Shown: positions 1-12,379 of the stretch, in pieces
Layout of the letters: every line of letters begins with the position of its first letter
How positions within the stretch are numbered: position 1 is the first letter of the stretch
Source: Chiloscyllium plagiosum
Taxonomy: Eukaryota
NCBI RefSeq assembly: GCF_004010195.1
Contig: NW_025215370.1
Span: 28,948 to 92,947, forward strand
Direction: 5' to 3'
Length of the DNA stretch: 64,000 nucleotides
Notes under the pieces: model-generated
Told to the model about the DNA's origin: nothing
Seen by the model: only the letters and a program-made list of their open reading frames with translations
Database searches by the model: none
Position numbers and translations under genes: made by a program

Positions 1-662
1 GTCCCCACCAGTACTGTACCCCAGTGTTACACAGGGACAGACCCATCCACACCAGTACCGTACCCCAGTGTTATACAGGGACAGACCCGTCCCCACCAGT
101 ACCGTACCCGTGTTTACAGCGACANGTCCCCACCAGTACTGTACCCCAGTGTTACACAGGGACAGACCCATCCACACCAGTACCGTACCCCAGTGTTATA
201 CAGGGACAGACCCGTCCCCACCAGTACCGTACCCGTGTTATACAGCGACAGACCCATCCCCACCAGTACTGTACCCCAGTGTTATACAGGGACAGACCCG
301 TCCCCACCAGTACTGTACCCCAGTGTTATACAGGGACAGACCTGTCCCCACCAGTACTGTACCCCAGTGTTATACAGTGACAGACCCATCCCCACCAGTA
401 CTGTACCCCAGTATTATACAGCGACAGACCTGTCCCCACCAATACTGCACCCCAGTGTTATACAGGGACAGACACGACCCCACCAGTACCGTACCCCAGT
501 GTTATACAGCGACAGACCTATCCTCACCAGTACTGTACCCCAGTGTTATACAGGGAGACCCGTCCCCACCAGTACCGTACCCCAGTGTTATACAGGGACA
601 GACCCGTCCCCACCAGTACCTTTCCCCAGTGTTCTACAGGGACAGACCTATCCCCACCAGTA
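1..662. repeat. 44-bp tandem minisatellite (~15 copies) in a UBQLN4 intron
   Basis: Unit ccagtactgtaccccagtgttatacagggacagacccgtcccca recurs with 44-nt period (e.g. tccccaccag at 301 and 345). Confidence 0.95.
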
Positions 663-738
663 GTGTACCTGTGAATGTTACGAAGAGCCCCAGCCCCTGC
701 CTGCAGCATTGCGCAGATCTCTGGACATGTGTAGCTAC

Positions 739-897
739 CTGTTCTCTGGCTGCGCTGAACATGGGCTCCTGAATGTCAGTGTACATGCGTCGCAGGGCGT
801 TGTAGCCACCGGGGATGCTCTCGAGGTTGCTGAGCGCCCGGTCCTGATTCCTCATCATCTCCTGCATCATGGCTGGATTGCGGGCCAGTTCCATCGT
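739..897 (-). CDS. UBQLN4: Ubiquilin-4 coding exon 5 (STI1 region): [53 protein letters not shown]
   Basis: cag acceptor (898-899) and gtagc donor (737-738); 159 nt, phase 0-0; translation is the highly conserved ubiquilin STI1 segment. Confidence 0.95.
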
Positions 898-1941
898 CTG
901 TGGGGTGGTTGGGGAAATGAGTTAGAAAGACACCTGGCGAGAGCTGCACCAGCTTAAAACAGAGCCTTCGAGCATTGGAAAGAACACTCAGATGCAACAG
1001 AGACAGCTGGAGCTCGGTCTCCCAGCAGCCGCCATCCTCTCACCCCAAGCAATCAGCCAGCCTTCACCTCAGTAATGGGAGGCTGAAAACAAACGTGGAC
1101 TAACCAAAAGACCAAAAAAAACCCAAGTCTTCATTTCACTGACTCACAGTTTGGCGCAAAGGAACGTGGATGAGGAAGATCAGCTGGCCTCCCCTTTCCC
1201 TCGTGTTGGCCCAGCAGTTGAGTGTTGTACTGGGGGAATGGTGCAGCCCTGTGTCAATGCCAGCGGATGTTCCTGACTCTCTCACAGCACGTTCCTGATC
1301 CCGCAAGTGAGCTGCCTCACCCCACACGCCCGCCCATGTTAATACCAGCAAAGTCTTTTTTTAATGTAATGGTCTGAAAGGGAGTGAATCAGAACTAAGC
1401 AGGAATTGCAACTGCAAAGCCCGTGTGCTTTGTGCAAGTGATCGTCTGCATCCTGCTCAATCACAGCCAGGCACAGCTGTAAGCACAGCCAATATCATTT
1501 CAGCAAAACACCTCGCGTTTGCTGTTGCTGCCTTGCAGATCTGCACAGAACTGTGTGGTAGACAGCTTTTCAACTGTACTGCACACACGTGGCAATGAGA
1601 CCATGGGAGCCCGAAGGGGGCTGTGCAGAACGCTTCTCACCTTCCCCACAATGCGTTGGGACGACGGACAGCAGGGGCACACAGGGAGGGAGGACACAAA
1701 ATGGGACATGGTCTAGGATGCAGGAAGAGGCACAGGGGCTGGCGGGTACATAGAGGGTTACACAGGGACGAGTGCAGGAGTGGAGGGATGGGCAGCAAGT
1801 CCGTGACTCGAGGGAGGTTTCCTTCAGAGACCACGGCTGCACAGATCCACACGCGCCCGTTTCCCGATGTGAGGTTTGGTGGCTCAGACCCACCCTCATT
1901 CACAGAGGAGCTTCGACAAGGGGACCGCCGTGTTCCTTCAC

Positions 1942-2204
1942 CTGTCTCATGAGCTCGGGGTTGTTCAGCATGTGGCTGATCTCAGGGTTCCTCTCCATCA
2001 GCTGCTGCATCTGTGGGTTGGCCATGATCATCTGTCTCATCAGGTCCGGATTCGACATCATGTTCTGTACAAAAGGGTTCTCCATGATCTGCGCCAGCAT
2101 GTCTGGGTTCGACATCAGCTGCCGCTGCATCTGTTGCTGCAGCTCCATGAAGTTTGCCGAGCCCATTCCCAGGCTCCCGAGTCCCGGAATACCACCGAAA
2201 CCAG
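1942..2204 (-). CDS. UBQLN4: Ubiquilin-4 coding exon 4 (STI1 motifs): (S)[33 protein letters not shown]...NNPELMRQ
   Basis: ttttgcag acceptor and gtgaag donor; 263 nt, phase 1-0; Met/Asn-Pro-rich STI1 repeats typical of ubiquilins. Confidence 0.95.
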
Positions 2205-2675
2205 CTGCAAAAACGATAACAAAACTGTTTGCAGGGGACATGCTCATTGCAACCTTTCAGCCCCTTCATGCCGTGCTATCGTCGCTGCTCCAGACCAGCC
2301 TCCCCCCACCATCTTTCCCACATCTCCTCTGTCCCTTTAGCTTTCTAACCTTGTGTGTTTATCCAACCTTGCCCCAGAATGCATCGCTGATCTTCATCCT
2401 GACCACTCCCCGTGGGGGCAAGTCCCACATGACCTCCCCCACTTCCTGGTGAGCAAATCCCATGTTCATCAGCATGTCCAATTCTGCCCCAGTGAACCCT
2501 CCATGTGTGCACAGTTCAGGAGAAATCTGGGATTAACAGTTAGCAGAAGGGAGACTCGCCTGTTTGCAGCTTTTCCTCCTCGTGGGTCCTGACCACTACT
2601 ACCAAAATTGGCACCAAATCTCTCTCAGCTTCATCACATTTGTACATCTCTCACCCAGTACCCTCCTATAGGGGT

Positions 2676-3030
2676 CTTAGTCATGCAGTCATACAGCACC
2701 GAAACAGACCCTTCAGCCAAACCAGTCCGTGCTGACCCCCATCCTATACTAAACCTGTCCCATCTGCCTGTGCTTGGCCCATATCCCTCCAAACATTTCT
2801 TATTCATTGACTTATCCAAATGTATTTTAAACATTGTAACTGCACCCACCACTTCCTCTGGAAGGTCATTCCACACATGAACCCACTCGGTACCCTCACG
2901 TTTTTAAAAACATTTTTAAGGTGAAAGGAGAAAGTATGTCCCCAGCCTTGAGATCCCCCATCTGAGGGAAAACACCCGCCGTTCCCCTTATCCATGCCCG
3001 TCAGGGTTTTATAAATCACCCCTCAGCCTA
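2676..3030 (-). mobile_element. CR1/HER1-type LINE 3' end fragment
   Basis: Minus ORF WNDLPEEVVGAVTMFKIHLDKSMN matches the CR1 ORF2 C-terminus; followed by the same 3' UTR as the other copies in the window. Confidence 0.85.
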
Positions 3031-3067
3031 TCAAAATAGCAGAGCTGTGAAGAGATGCAAACCTTAC

Positions 3068-3231
3068 ATAATACAGATGGGGAGGAGGTAGACGTTCCTG
3101 TTGGGGTCACAGTGCTTGGCACACTGTTCGTGCTGGTGACCATGCCGGTGGAGGGTTCTGGTCTTGTGGTGGTCTCCTCAGTGCTGGGGACACTGGATGA
3201 TGTCGAGGGTTGCGTGCTGGAGTCCTGAAGC
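3068..3231 (-). CDS. UBQLN4: Ubiquilin-4 coding exon 3 (Ser/Thr-rich linker after UBL): (R)LQDSSTQPSTSSSVPSTEETTTRPEPSTGMVTSTNSVPSTVTPTGTSTSSPSVL
   Basis: ccttgccag acceptor and gtaagg donor; 164 nt, phase 2-1, which exactly bridges exon 2 (ends phase 2) and exon 4 (starts phase 1). Confidence 0.88.
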
Positions 3232-3552
3232 CTGGCAAGGCAAAGTGAAAACCACAGCGTCACGATGGAGCGGAGAACAGATCCGTAGCGAACAAGGTTC
3301 AGGCGAGTGACGGGTATCAACTCTCCCTCACACCATCCAGTTGGGAGGTTACAAGCAGCACCAGACACCAGACAGCACAGTGCACCGAGCAGGACAAACA
3401 AGGTAAAATGAGGATAGTCAGGAAGGCAGTTCACTAAATCTTTACCTGCCAAGACTTACATCAAATGCTCTCAGCACAGGGACAGCAACAGCATGAGGTT
3501 AGACACAGAGTTAAACTCCATCCACACGGTCCCCCAACCCAAAAAGAAAATC

Positions 3553-3940
3553 AAACACTCCCAGGACAGGGACAGCACTGGGTTACATACAGAGTAAAGC
3601 GTAAAGCTCCCTCGACACTGCACCCAAACACTTCCAGGACAGGGACAGCACAGGGTTACATACAGAGTAAAGCTCCCTCGACACTGCACCCAAACACTTC
3701 CAGGACAGGGACAGTACGGGGTTACATACAGAGTAAAGCTCCCTCGACACTGCACCCAAACACTCCCAGGACAGGGACAACTCAGGGTTACATACAGAGT
3801 AAAGCTCCCTCGACACTGCACCCAAACACTTCCAGGACAGGGACTGCACAGGGTTACATACAGAGTAAAGCTCCCTCGACACTGCACCCAAACACTTCCA
3901 GGACAGGGACAGCTCAGGGTTACATACAGAGTAAAGCTTG
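3553..3940. repeat. 66-bp tandem satellite (~6 copies) of a family dispersed through the window
   Basis: gtaaagctccctcgacactgcacccaaacac... recurs at 3601, 3667 and 3733 (period 66). Related blocks at 4523-4715, 10925-11355 (inverted), 12235-12375, 34320-34430 and 55625-57700. Confidence 0.95.
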
Positions 3941-4294
3941 CTCAACTTTTCTAAACTAAAGGAAAGCTCCCTGATTGCTATCCATCAATCCCACGTGTTA
4001 GGACTAGGCCAGACCACTCAAAACATTCTTGAGCAGGCAACACAGACTATAACTTTGCAACTTGCTTAGGTAAGTGTACAGTGAAAATTACCCAGAGTGA
4101 GGTGGCTAGGTTGATTACTAGATTTTAAAAGAGACAGAAATGTATTTACCAATTTACATTATGAAACACAAAGAACAGAATAAAGAACCTCTGCAGAACT
4201 ATCCAAACTAGACTTAATCATGCTGTCCCAAATGTACATAACAGTCCCAAAACGCAAACCCCCTTAAAGACCTGTAAACAAAGGGACAGATGTG

Positions 4295-4522
4295 GGAGAG
4301 AGCGCGCGAGGGAGAGCGCGCGAGGGAGAGCGCGCGAGGGAGAGCGCGCGAGGGAGAGCGCGCGAGGGAGAGCGCGAGGGAGAGCGCGAGGGAGAGCGCG
4401 CGAGGGAGAGCGCGCGAGGGAGCGCGCGAGGGAGCGCGCGAGGGAGCGCGCGAGGGAGCGCGAGAGGGAGCGCGCGAGGGAGCGCGCGAGGGAGCGCGAG
4501 AGGGAGCGCGAGAGGGAGCGCG
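4295..4522. repeat. CpG-rich compound microsatellite (gagagcgcgcgagg / gagcgcgcgagg, 12-14 bp units)
   Basis: Directly visible tandem units. Confidence 0.95.
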
Positions 4523-5450
4523 TCTGCACTGTCCCTATCAAACACAGGACAGGGTCAAACTCAAGTTAAAGCTCCCTCAACAATATTGCCCAAACACTAC
4601 CAGGACAGGGATAGCTCGGGTTTAGATACTGGTGAAAGCTCCCTTCACACTGTGCCCCATCAAACACTCCCAGAGCAGGTACAGTAGAGTGACACATACA
4701 GAGTAAAGCTGCTTCTGAACTTTCTCAGTCAGCTGTATCGGCCTCACCACTGAAGACATGCTTCCTAATGCATTAGCCAACATTCCCGTTTCATACCTGA
4801 CCTATCTTGTGACCAAGGCATTTTGGGCAACTTTATGAATTGCTTTGACACTCAGCAGAAACAGGATTTGCCATGCATCCCCGAACCCAGCAACGGACTC
4901 CCACGCAAATCGAGCGATTTAAGAAAGACTGGGAACTGGAGTTGATCGTTGCTGGTTGATTTCTAAGCATTATAGAGAATTGCAAACTCCTTCGGCTGCC
5001 CGAGGGGCACCAGGAAGAGATCCACACCAACTCTTGCCCCTGGTCTGCAGGTCCAATATACAGGCCCTTCCAGCTCGTGGCAGAAGAGACCGCCTTAGCG
5101 GGAAGCATCATTGCTGGCTTCTCAACCTTACAGCCAATGGAAATCTGGCATCGCTACCGATTTCAGTCCGCTCTCAGCCTGCACGCACACACTAATCCAG
5201 TAGCTAGCTGAAGCATTCAGGAACGTTCAGGTAGTTAATTCACCAGTTACAACAGTGTCACTTAAATCACACCACTTAACAGCACTACATCAACTGGGCT
5301 CCCACATCAGAAAAAGCACACTGGGCAATGCAGTAGCTGGATACAAAATTCACAGGCTATCAGCTCAACAAAAGGTGGTGAACTCTCAGTGGTGGAACAG
5401 ACTCTTTTCTCTCGAAAAGAGAAGTTTGAGGAAAAGACCTGATCGAGGTA

Positions 5451-5654
5451 CAGTCGGTTCTGACGTAATGCGGTAGTTCCATTCTCGTGTTATAAGAAAA
5501 TCGCGCAATGGGCCGCGCGCTATTCAACGTGATGGGGCTGGAATCGCATTACAGCCAACCCAGGTAAGCAAAGTTTACTGTGACGGTCGAAATCCTTCAC
5601 TTGTGTTAAAGCGAATTTGTGTTGAAGAAATGTGTGTTATAGCAGAACTGACTG
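5451..5654. mobile_element. Tc1/mariner (Tigger/pogo-like) MITE with TA target duplication, inserted in a CR1 fragment
   Basis: TA|CAGTCGGTTCTG...CAGAACTGACTG|TA terminal inverted repeats. Flanks rejoin as CR1 LFSLEKR..DLIEV|FKIL. Confidence 0.8.
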
Positions 5655-5863
5655 TATTTAAAATTCTGGAAGGGTGGACACAGAAAATGCTTCCATTGTT
5701 AGACCAGAACTTGGGAGCTGTCAGTTAAGGACAGTCACAATAAATGCAACAGGAGAAACCAGAGAGGGGGGTAACATGGAACGCGCTCACATACAGATAC
5801 ACTGAAAGGGGGAGCTGAATAAAGAGCATGAGGGAGAGAGGAGGAGGAGGAGTAATGTCAGCA

Positions 5864-6195
5864 ACACTCTACATGGCCTTCATCAATCTGATCAAGGTTT
5901 CTGATTCGGTCGTCAGTTGGGAAGTGCTGTGGAAGGTCCAGTCAAACATCGGCTGTCTAGTGAAACTCATCAACATCCACCATCTCCTCCACAATAAGAT
6001 GTTGGTGACTGTACTCACCAACGGTAATACAACAGAATCCTGAGGTCAAGACAGGGGTCGAGCAGGGATATGTCATCGCCCCCACCCTATTCTCCATCGT
6101 CATGCCACTGATCTTCATCTTATCAAGAACACGCTTCCTCGTGATGTGGTCATTATCTATAGGATGGACGGAAAACATTTCACCCTCAACTGGTT
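5864..6195 (+). mobile_element. Decayed RTE-clade LINE reverse transcriptase fragment
   Basis: LYMAFINLIKVSDSV..LWK..GC..LLH and VKTGVEQGYVIAPTLFSI resemble the RTE RT motifs (FIDLTKAFD / GVKQGCVIAPTLF); frameshifted. Confidence 0.75.
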
Positions 6196-6209
6196 GAAAT
6201 TACTCTGCC

Positions 6210-6690
6210 ATCAATGCAATAATGGCTGACCATCCAACTCCGTCCCCTATCCTGTTTTCTTCCCCCATACCCTTTGACCCCTTTAGCCCCAAGAACTGTA
6301 TCTAACTCCTTCTTATAAACATTCAAATCTTTGGCCTCAACCACTTTCTGTGGCAGAGAATTCCCCAGGCTCCTCACTTTCTCATCTCAGTCCTATGCGG
6401 CCACCCTCTATCCTTACGAATGTGACCCTGGTTCTGGACTCGGCGGTCATCACATACATTCTTCCTATTAGAATTTCATAGCTTTCGATGAGGTCACCGC
6501 CTCCCATCATTCTCCAGTGAGGATAGTCCTAACTGATCCAGTCTCTCTTCATACATCAGTCCTACCATCACAGGAATCAGGCTGGTAAACCTCTGTTGCA
6601 CTCTCGCCACAGCTAGAACATATCTCCTCAGATAAGGAGACCAAAAAAAGCTCCAGGTGTGGTCTCACCAAGGCCGTGTATAATTGCAGG
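6210..6690 (-). mobile_element. CR1 LINE 3' fragment
   Basis: Minus translations LQLYTALVRPHLE and NSLPQKVVEAKDLNVYKKELD are CR1 ORF2 C-terminal motifs. Confidence 0.85.
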
Positions 6691-7282
6691 AAGAATTGGG
6701 AAAGGTGAGCTAGAGGATTGTAAAAGGAGCTGGGACAGTAATGAAAGTAGAGGGGTGGACCAGTGAGAGAAATAGCGATGTAGTGCACCACAACTCCAGA
6801 GAGATACAATCACGTCAGAGACCGGGAAGATAGAGCAGCTGATCTCAACTCAGCCCGAGTCGACACGAAAAGACAAACAGTTGCCGCCTGTCCGCTAAAC
6901 AGCAGCAGCCTCTTTGGCTTGGTCCCTCCCACATCAATGCTGAGAGAATCGCGAAGGAGACAGGTGCAGCATCATCTGCAAATATGGCAGAATACCGAAT
7001 GCTTCAGGGCCAGAGGGGCAGGCAGGTGAGGGGGATGCAGGACAGATGGCTCCTACTCTCAGGATTGGAGTTTGACTGAGATGAGCAGGAAAATCTTCAC
7101 TCGGAGGGTGGAGCTTTGCTGGAGTTCTGTCTCAGTGCACCTGTTCAAGACAGAGTTTCTGGATATTAAAGATGTCAAGGGATACAGGGACGGTACAAGG
7201 AAATGCCGTTGAGGTAGAAGTTCAGCCCTGGCAGAGCAGGCTCGAAGGGCTGAATGGCTCTTGGTGTCGTTATGGTGTGGGC

Positions 7283-7560
7283 GGGCCAGCATTTATTGCC
7301 CGGTGGGTCAACCACGTTTCTGTGGGTCTGGTGTCACTTGCAGGCCAGACCAGTCAAGGGTCCTTCCCCAAAGGTCTGCAGTGAGTCAGATCAGTTTCTC
7401 TGACAATGGTCATCATCAGGCTCTTAGTTCCAGATGTGTTTTTATTGATTTCAAATTCCACCAATTGCCATCGCATGATTGGAACCTGGGTCCCCAGAAC
7501 ATTACCTCACTCTCTGGATTAATAGTCTAACGACAATACCACTGGGTCACTGCCCCCCCT
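7283..7560 (-). mobile_element. tRNA-derived SINE (related copies near 18880-19100, 21545-21910, 31640-31870)
   Basis: Minus strand starts ggcagtgacccagtggtattgtcgttagact... (A-box-like) and ggttccaatc (B-box-like); body shared among the copies. Confidence 0.6.
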
Positions 7561-8559
7561 CCCCACCTAGTTTCTATTATCCGTACAGCAGACTGTCAGG
7601 GCTGAATGGCTTACTCCCCTCCCAGAAGCTGACGCTCCTCTGTACCACCAGCTCCATCAAAGCACTGAAGGAACATACTGCAGTCTTGAGTTTAACATGG
7701 GGCGAGGCTACTGAGGGCACGTCCCGAATATGGTACATTTCAGAGTTGACCAGATGAATCCCTCGGTGAAGGGCTTAAGCGTCGACTCTACTGCTCCTCG
7801 GGTGCTGCCTGACCGGCTGTGCATTTCCATCGAATCCCTAGGATCGGAGTGAAGCCGGATAGCAGACGCTGGAGGACGTTGTACTAGACGCAGCTGTACT
7901 GCCTCATGAACCTTGTGCGCCCAGCTACAAGAGCAGGCCAAGCTTCAGCTTCACGGCTCGTTTAGAAAGACGCCACCACGCTTCAAGTGGCAGCCTCGAA
8001 TCTGCGCTCATGTCCCTTGAGTAGGCTTGAGCCTACAAGCTGCAGTTGCTGAGGTGACAGCACTCAGCCACAGTGGCTACCAGGAAAAACACTGCGCTGG
8101 CTGAGCAGCAATTTAACAGCCAGGGTTGAGTCAATAGCAGTGTACACGGCACAAGGTGCGAGCCCTGACAAGACACACCCGCCGAGCTATCAAGAGTGGG
8201 GCACCGGAGAGGCACAAGGGCAGCCAACATTACCATGGGTCGTTGCATTTTGAGTAGGAGGTTTGAGCTACACGTTGCCTTAAAGGCTGCTTAGATATAG
8301 GGCCTGAATGAATGCTGTCAGCGTTTGGAAACTGTACAGGGGACTACTTTAAGGGAAAACAGGAAAACAACAGTCTAGAGGGAGAGATGAGAAGGAAAAA
8401 CAAATATGCTAAAAAGGATGCCTTGCTTTCAGGAGAATGTTTTCAAAGAGGATTTAACGTACAACAGCGCAAAGGGCAAGGATAATACAAGAGCCAAGCA
8501 AAGATCAGATATTAGAATTTGGGATTTAAGTAATTCAGACTTTCATGGGATGGAGGCAG

Positions 8560-10570
8560 AGACTGTTCATACTAAACTGGAAAGCTCTGCTCACTGGTAA
8601 AACATTGTCAAGGGTGTCCAAAGAAATATTTAATGCTGTTCAAAATCAGTTTGTACCCACGAGAAGGGGAAAAGCTCCACCTCACACAAAGAAACCAGAT
8701 GGGGTCACCGGACGTGGTAAGGGACAGCATAAAACTAAAAGGGCTTAAAAAAAAACAAAGGACAGGAGAGATCCCACAGAATGGGACTACAAAGGGCCCG
8801 AAAGCAGCTTAAAGCGGCTAAAAAGATTGATGAAAGCAAACTTGCAAGGGATGGAAAGGACAAGAAGAGGAGATTTTATAGTTATTATAAAAGGAAAGCA
8901 GCTGGTTAAGAGCATTATTGGCCTAGTGAAGGCAGAGAGTGGGGATATTGTCAATGACCATGGGGAAATGACAGACATGCTGAACGATTAATTTGTTTCA
9001 GTATTTACAGCACGAGATGAGGACAGTTTGCTAAAAGTCCCAAAGAAATTACAGGGAGAATCAGGGACAGGGTCTAAGTAAATCATCAAAAATGGGGAAA
9101 CTAATGGGCTGAAGAGTGACAAACCCTCAGGAGCTGAGAGTTTCAATGCACAGGTGTTAAAAGCAGTAAGAGGGCACACTGCCGATGCTCTAACCATAAC
9201 CTTTCAGAGTTCCCCAAATCAGGATTGGAAATTTGCTCATGTCACACTGATCTCTAAGAAGGCTGACAGAGGGAAACCAGGGGTTTACAGACCAGTTAGC
9301 CTGACATTTGTGGTGGGCAAACTGTTGGGAGTCTATAAATCAAGGATAAAGCAACTGATCATCCCAAGAAATTCAGCATGGATTCACCAAGGGTAGGTCA
9401 CGCCTGACAAAAGTCAGTTTTCTTTTTGGACAAGTGACAAAGGTAAGTCTACCAATAAAATTAAGTGAACGGATGTTGTTTTATATTGATTCCTAGAAGA
9501 TTCTATCAAAGGTCACTCAGAGGAGACTGTTAGCTAACATGGAACTGAAGGCAAATTAGTGGCATGGATAGCAAATCGTTGAGTGGCAGGAATTAGAGAG
9601 TAGGAATAATGGTTCAGTACTCAAATTGGCAGGACATGACATTGGTGGTGTCCTGCAGGGACCTCAATTATTCAGAATATTCACTAACACCACAAAATTG
9701 GGCAGAATTGGAGGGCTGACGACAGCATAAAATTACAACAGGATATTGATAGGATTAGGTGAAAGGACAAAGCTGTGGCAGATGGGTTATAACATAAGCA
9801 GGTGAGAGATTATCTATTTCAGACCAAAAACGGGTAGATCAGGATTACTTTTTAATTATAAAAGGTACAAAATTAAAAAGTGCATGTCCAACAAGATTTG
9901 GCGATTCAGGTCCACAGCTCTTTAAAACAGCATGAACAGGTGCAGAAAATAGTCAAGGTGGTGAATGGAATGCTAGCCTGCATATCTAAAGGGCTGGAGC
10001 AGAGGGATACAGACATTACGCTGCAGTTAGACAAATCCTAGTTAGACCCCATTTCAAGTACTGTCAGCAGATCTGACCAGCACACCTTAGGAAGGATGTT
10101 TTGACCCTGCAGGAAGTTCTGTGCACGTTTGCAAGAATGATACCTGGCCTTCAGGGGTTAAGCTATGAGGGGAGATTAAACAAATCAGGCCTTCATTCTC
10201 TGGAACTTAGAAGGTTAAGGGGTGATCTAACTCAAGGTCTTCAGGATATTAACAGGGAAAGATAAGAGCGGATCAATATGAACGATTCCCAGTGGTTGAA
10301 GATTCTGGAATCAAAAGGGAATTACTGAGAATTAGGGTCAGGCAATTCAGCAGAAATGTTTGAAAATACTTTGACATGCAAAGCGTAGAGGAGGTCTAGA
10401 ACGGTCTTCCTCAAATGGCAGTCAACGTGAATTCAACTGTTAAATTTAAACCTAAGGAAGAGAAATTTTTATTCAGCAAGGATACCAAGGGATTTGAGCC
10501 CAAGGCAGGCAGATGGAGTTAGGTGACAGATTAGCCATAATCTCACTGAATGGCCTACTCCCGTTCTTAT
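8560..10570 (+). mobile_element. Long decayed CR1 LINE ORF2 (RT through 3' UTR)
   Basis: Fragments WKFAHVTLISKKADRGKPGVYRPVSLTFVVGKLL, a degenerate YIDF.K motif, LVRPH..Y, and a CR1 tail; many stops and frameshifts. Confidence 0.85.
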
Positions 10571-10924
10571 AACTGCAGCCTCACCCCACTTCAAACTCTC
10601 ACCTCCCAGCAGGGGAAGATCTCAATTGAAGATAAGAGTTGTGATCCCTGCGTTCAGAAAGATGGAAATGCATACAAGCCTGGGAAAAGTATGGATTTAA
10701 ATGCAAGATTTTTTTTTAAAGTGCGAGTCAGCACTTCCCCAACAACCCCTTGAAAAGGTTGGCTGTGAGCTGCCTAACTACACCAAGCAGTCCATGGTAC
10801 CACGGAAGGTGGCTTTAGTATCACTCAGCGCACACTGGATCATAAATCCTTGGAAATCGTAAACTACTCCACTGGGAAAGCAGGAATAGCTGCAATACAA
10901 TCAATATTGCCACAGGCAGAGAGA

Positions 10925-11355
10925 TTTACTCAGCATTGAATACTATGCTGTTCCCTGTCCTGGGATGGTGACAGGGTACAGGGAGTTTTACTTTGACCGT
11001 AGGGGGAACAGAGGGAGCTTTTCTCAATATCTAATTCTGTGCTGTCCCTGACCTGGGAGTGTTTGATGGAGGACACTGTAGAGAGAGCTTTATTTGGAAA
11101 CTACCCGCCCTGTGCTGTCCCTATCCTGGGATTTTTGGATCGAGGGACAGTATTGTGGGAACTTTATATCTAACCCTCTGCTGTCCCTACCCTGGGAGTG
11201 TTTGATTGGGGACATTGTAGAGAGAGCTTTATTTGGTAACTAACCACCCTGTGTTGTCCCTATCCTGGATGGGGACGGTGTTGAGTCAGCTTTAATTTCT
11301 TTAACTTTCAGTTGAAAAAAAGTAGAAAGCGCTTTTCTTGTATCTAACCCTATGT
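10925..11355. repeat. 66-bp satellite family, opposite orientation to the 3553 block
   Basis: Units gctgtccctg.cctgggagtgtttgat...gggacactgtagagagagcttt. Confidence 0.85.
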
Positions 11356-11868
11356 GCACCTTTTTACCAAGAATGCGTCAGTCTGACTACACTCCCAAGA
11401 TCAAACAACTTGCTGAATCTCAGACAGGGCGATCTAGGTGAAGGGGTCAGGGCCCTAAAAGCGCAAGAGCAAGATGACCAGAAGAGGGACACTTTGCTGT
11501 GAGCAAGCTCACTCCACCCATCATTGGAGTCCACACGAAGTCAGGAAGGGCAAGGTAAAAGGAATGAAGTCCCTCGCCCACAAACCATACCCCGTCAGCA
11601 ACTTCCCCGTTGCCACATGCTATGCCACTATCTCGAGATGATTTTTTTAACTGTGTCAACCATGACAGGGTCATTTCTGGGCTTGCGATTCATTGGCACA
11701 ATGCAGCAAATTTCACAACCGTCACTGAACACACGCTGCTCTCTTTTACAATAGACGCAACTTCAGCTTGTCTAGTGAGAGGGGGGCAACTCAGTAACAG
11801 AGGGACTTGCACACACTCAGTTTGCCATCTCAATGGAATGGAAGTCAGGAGATCTTAAAAGCCCTTAC

Positions 11869-12020
11869 CTCTGGGCTGTCTTTATTACGAGATGCACAGT
11901 GAGACCGTCTTTAATGCCATGCTGGTTGAGTGTATCTCCATCCTTCAGTATCTTCCCTGCGAATATGAGAACCAACTGTTCCTGTTTAGCTTTGAATCGT
12001 TTAGAGATTTCATTTTTAAA
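11869..12020 (-). CDS. UBQLN4: Ubiquilin-4 coding exon 2 (ubiquitin-like domain): [51 protein letters not shown]
   Basis: cttcag acceptor and gtaagg donor; 152 nt. [22 protein letters not shown] fits UBQLN4 better than UBQLN1 (DQDTLSQHGIHD), from memory; PEAR1 linkage also fits. Confidence 0.95.
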
Positions 12021-12379
12021 CTGAAGGGACAAAAGAGGGGAAAAAAAAAACATAAATGGCATGCAAATGTTCTGCCCATTCAATAAGATCTCAGAATTGT
12101 GACTGCTCAGAAGGCCCATTGATTTTGCACTAGCTCTCCAAGTGGGCATTACGACTTGGTGCCATTTCCATTATCTTTTCCCATAACCTGGTTCCAGTTC
12201 AATAATCATTCAATGCCCTCTTCAACTTACAGACAGTGTCCTCCTGCATCAAACATTCCCAGGGCAGGGACAGCACAGAGTGAGATATAAAGTTCCCACA
12301 CTGTCCCCACATCAAACACTCCCAGGGCAGGAATAGCAGAGAGTTAGATGCTGAGAAAAGCTCAACTTACAGACAGAGA

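Noticed and set aside
24..772. Long plus-strand ORFs with repeating peptides
   Set aside because: Translations of the 44-bp minisatellite.
1772..2452. 226-aa plus-strand ORF
   Set aside because: Antisense shadow of UBQLN4 exon 4; no independent coding signal.
3465..4687. ORFs with 22-aa repeats and ARE/ARS repeats
   Set aside because: Products of the 66-bp satellite and the CG/GA microsatellite.
6900..7010. Minus-strand IFADDAA resembling an RT catalytic motif
   Set aside because: No flanking RT motifs recognisable; too short to support a call.
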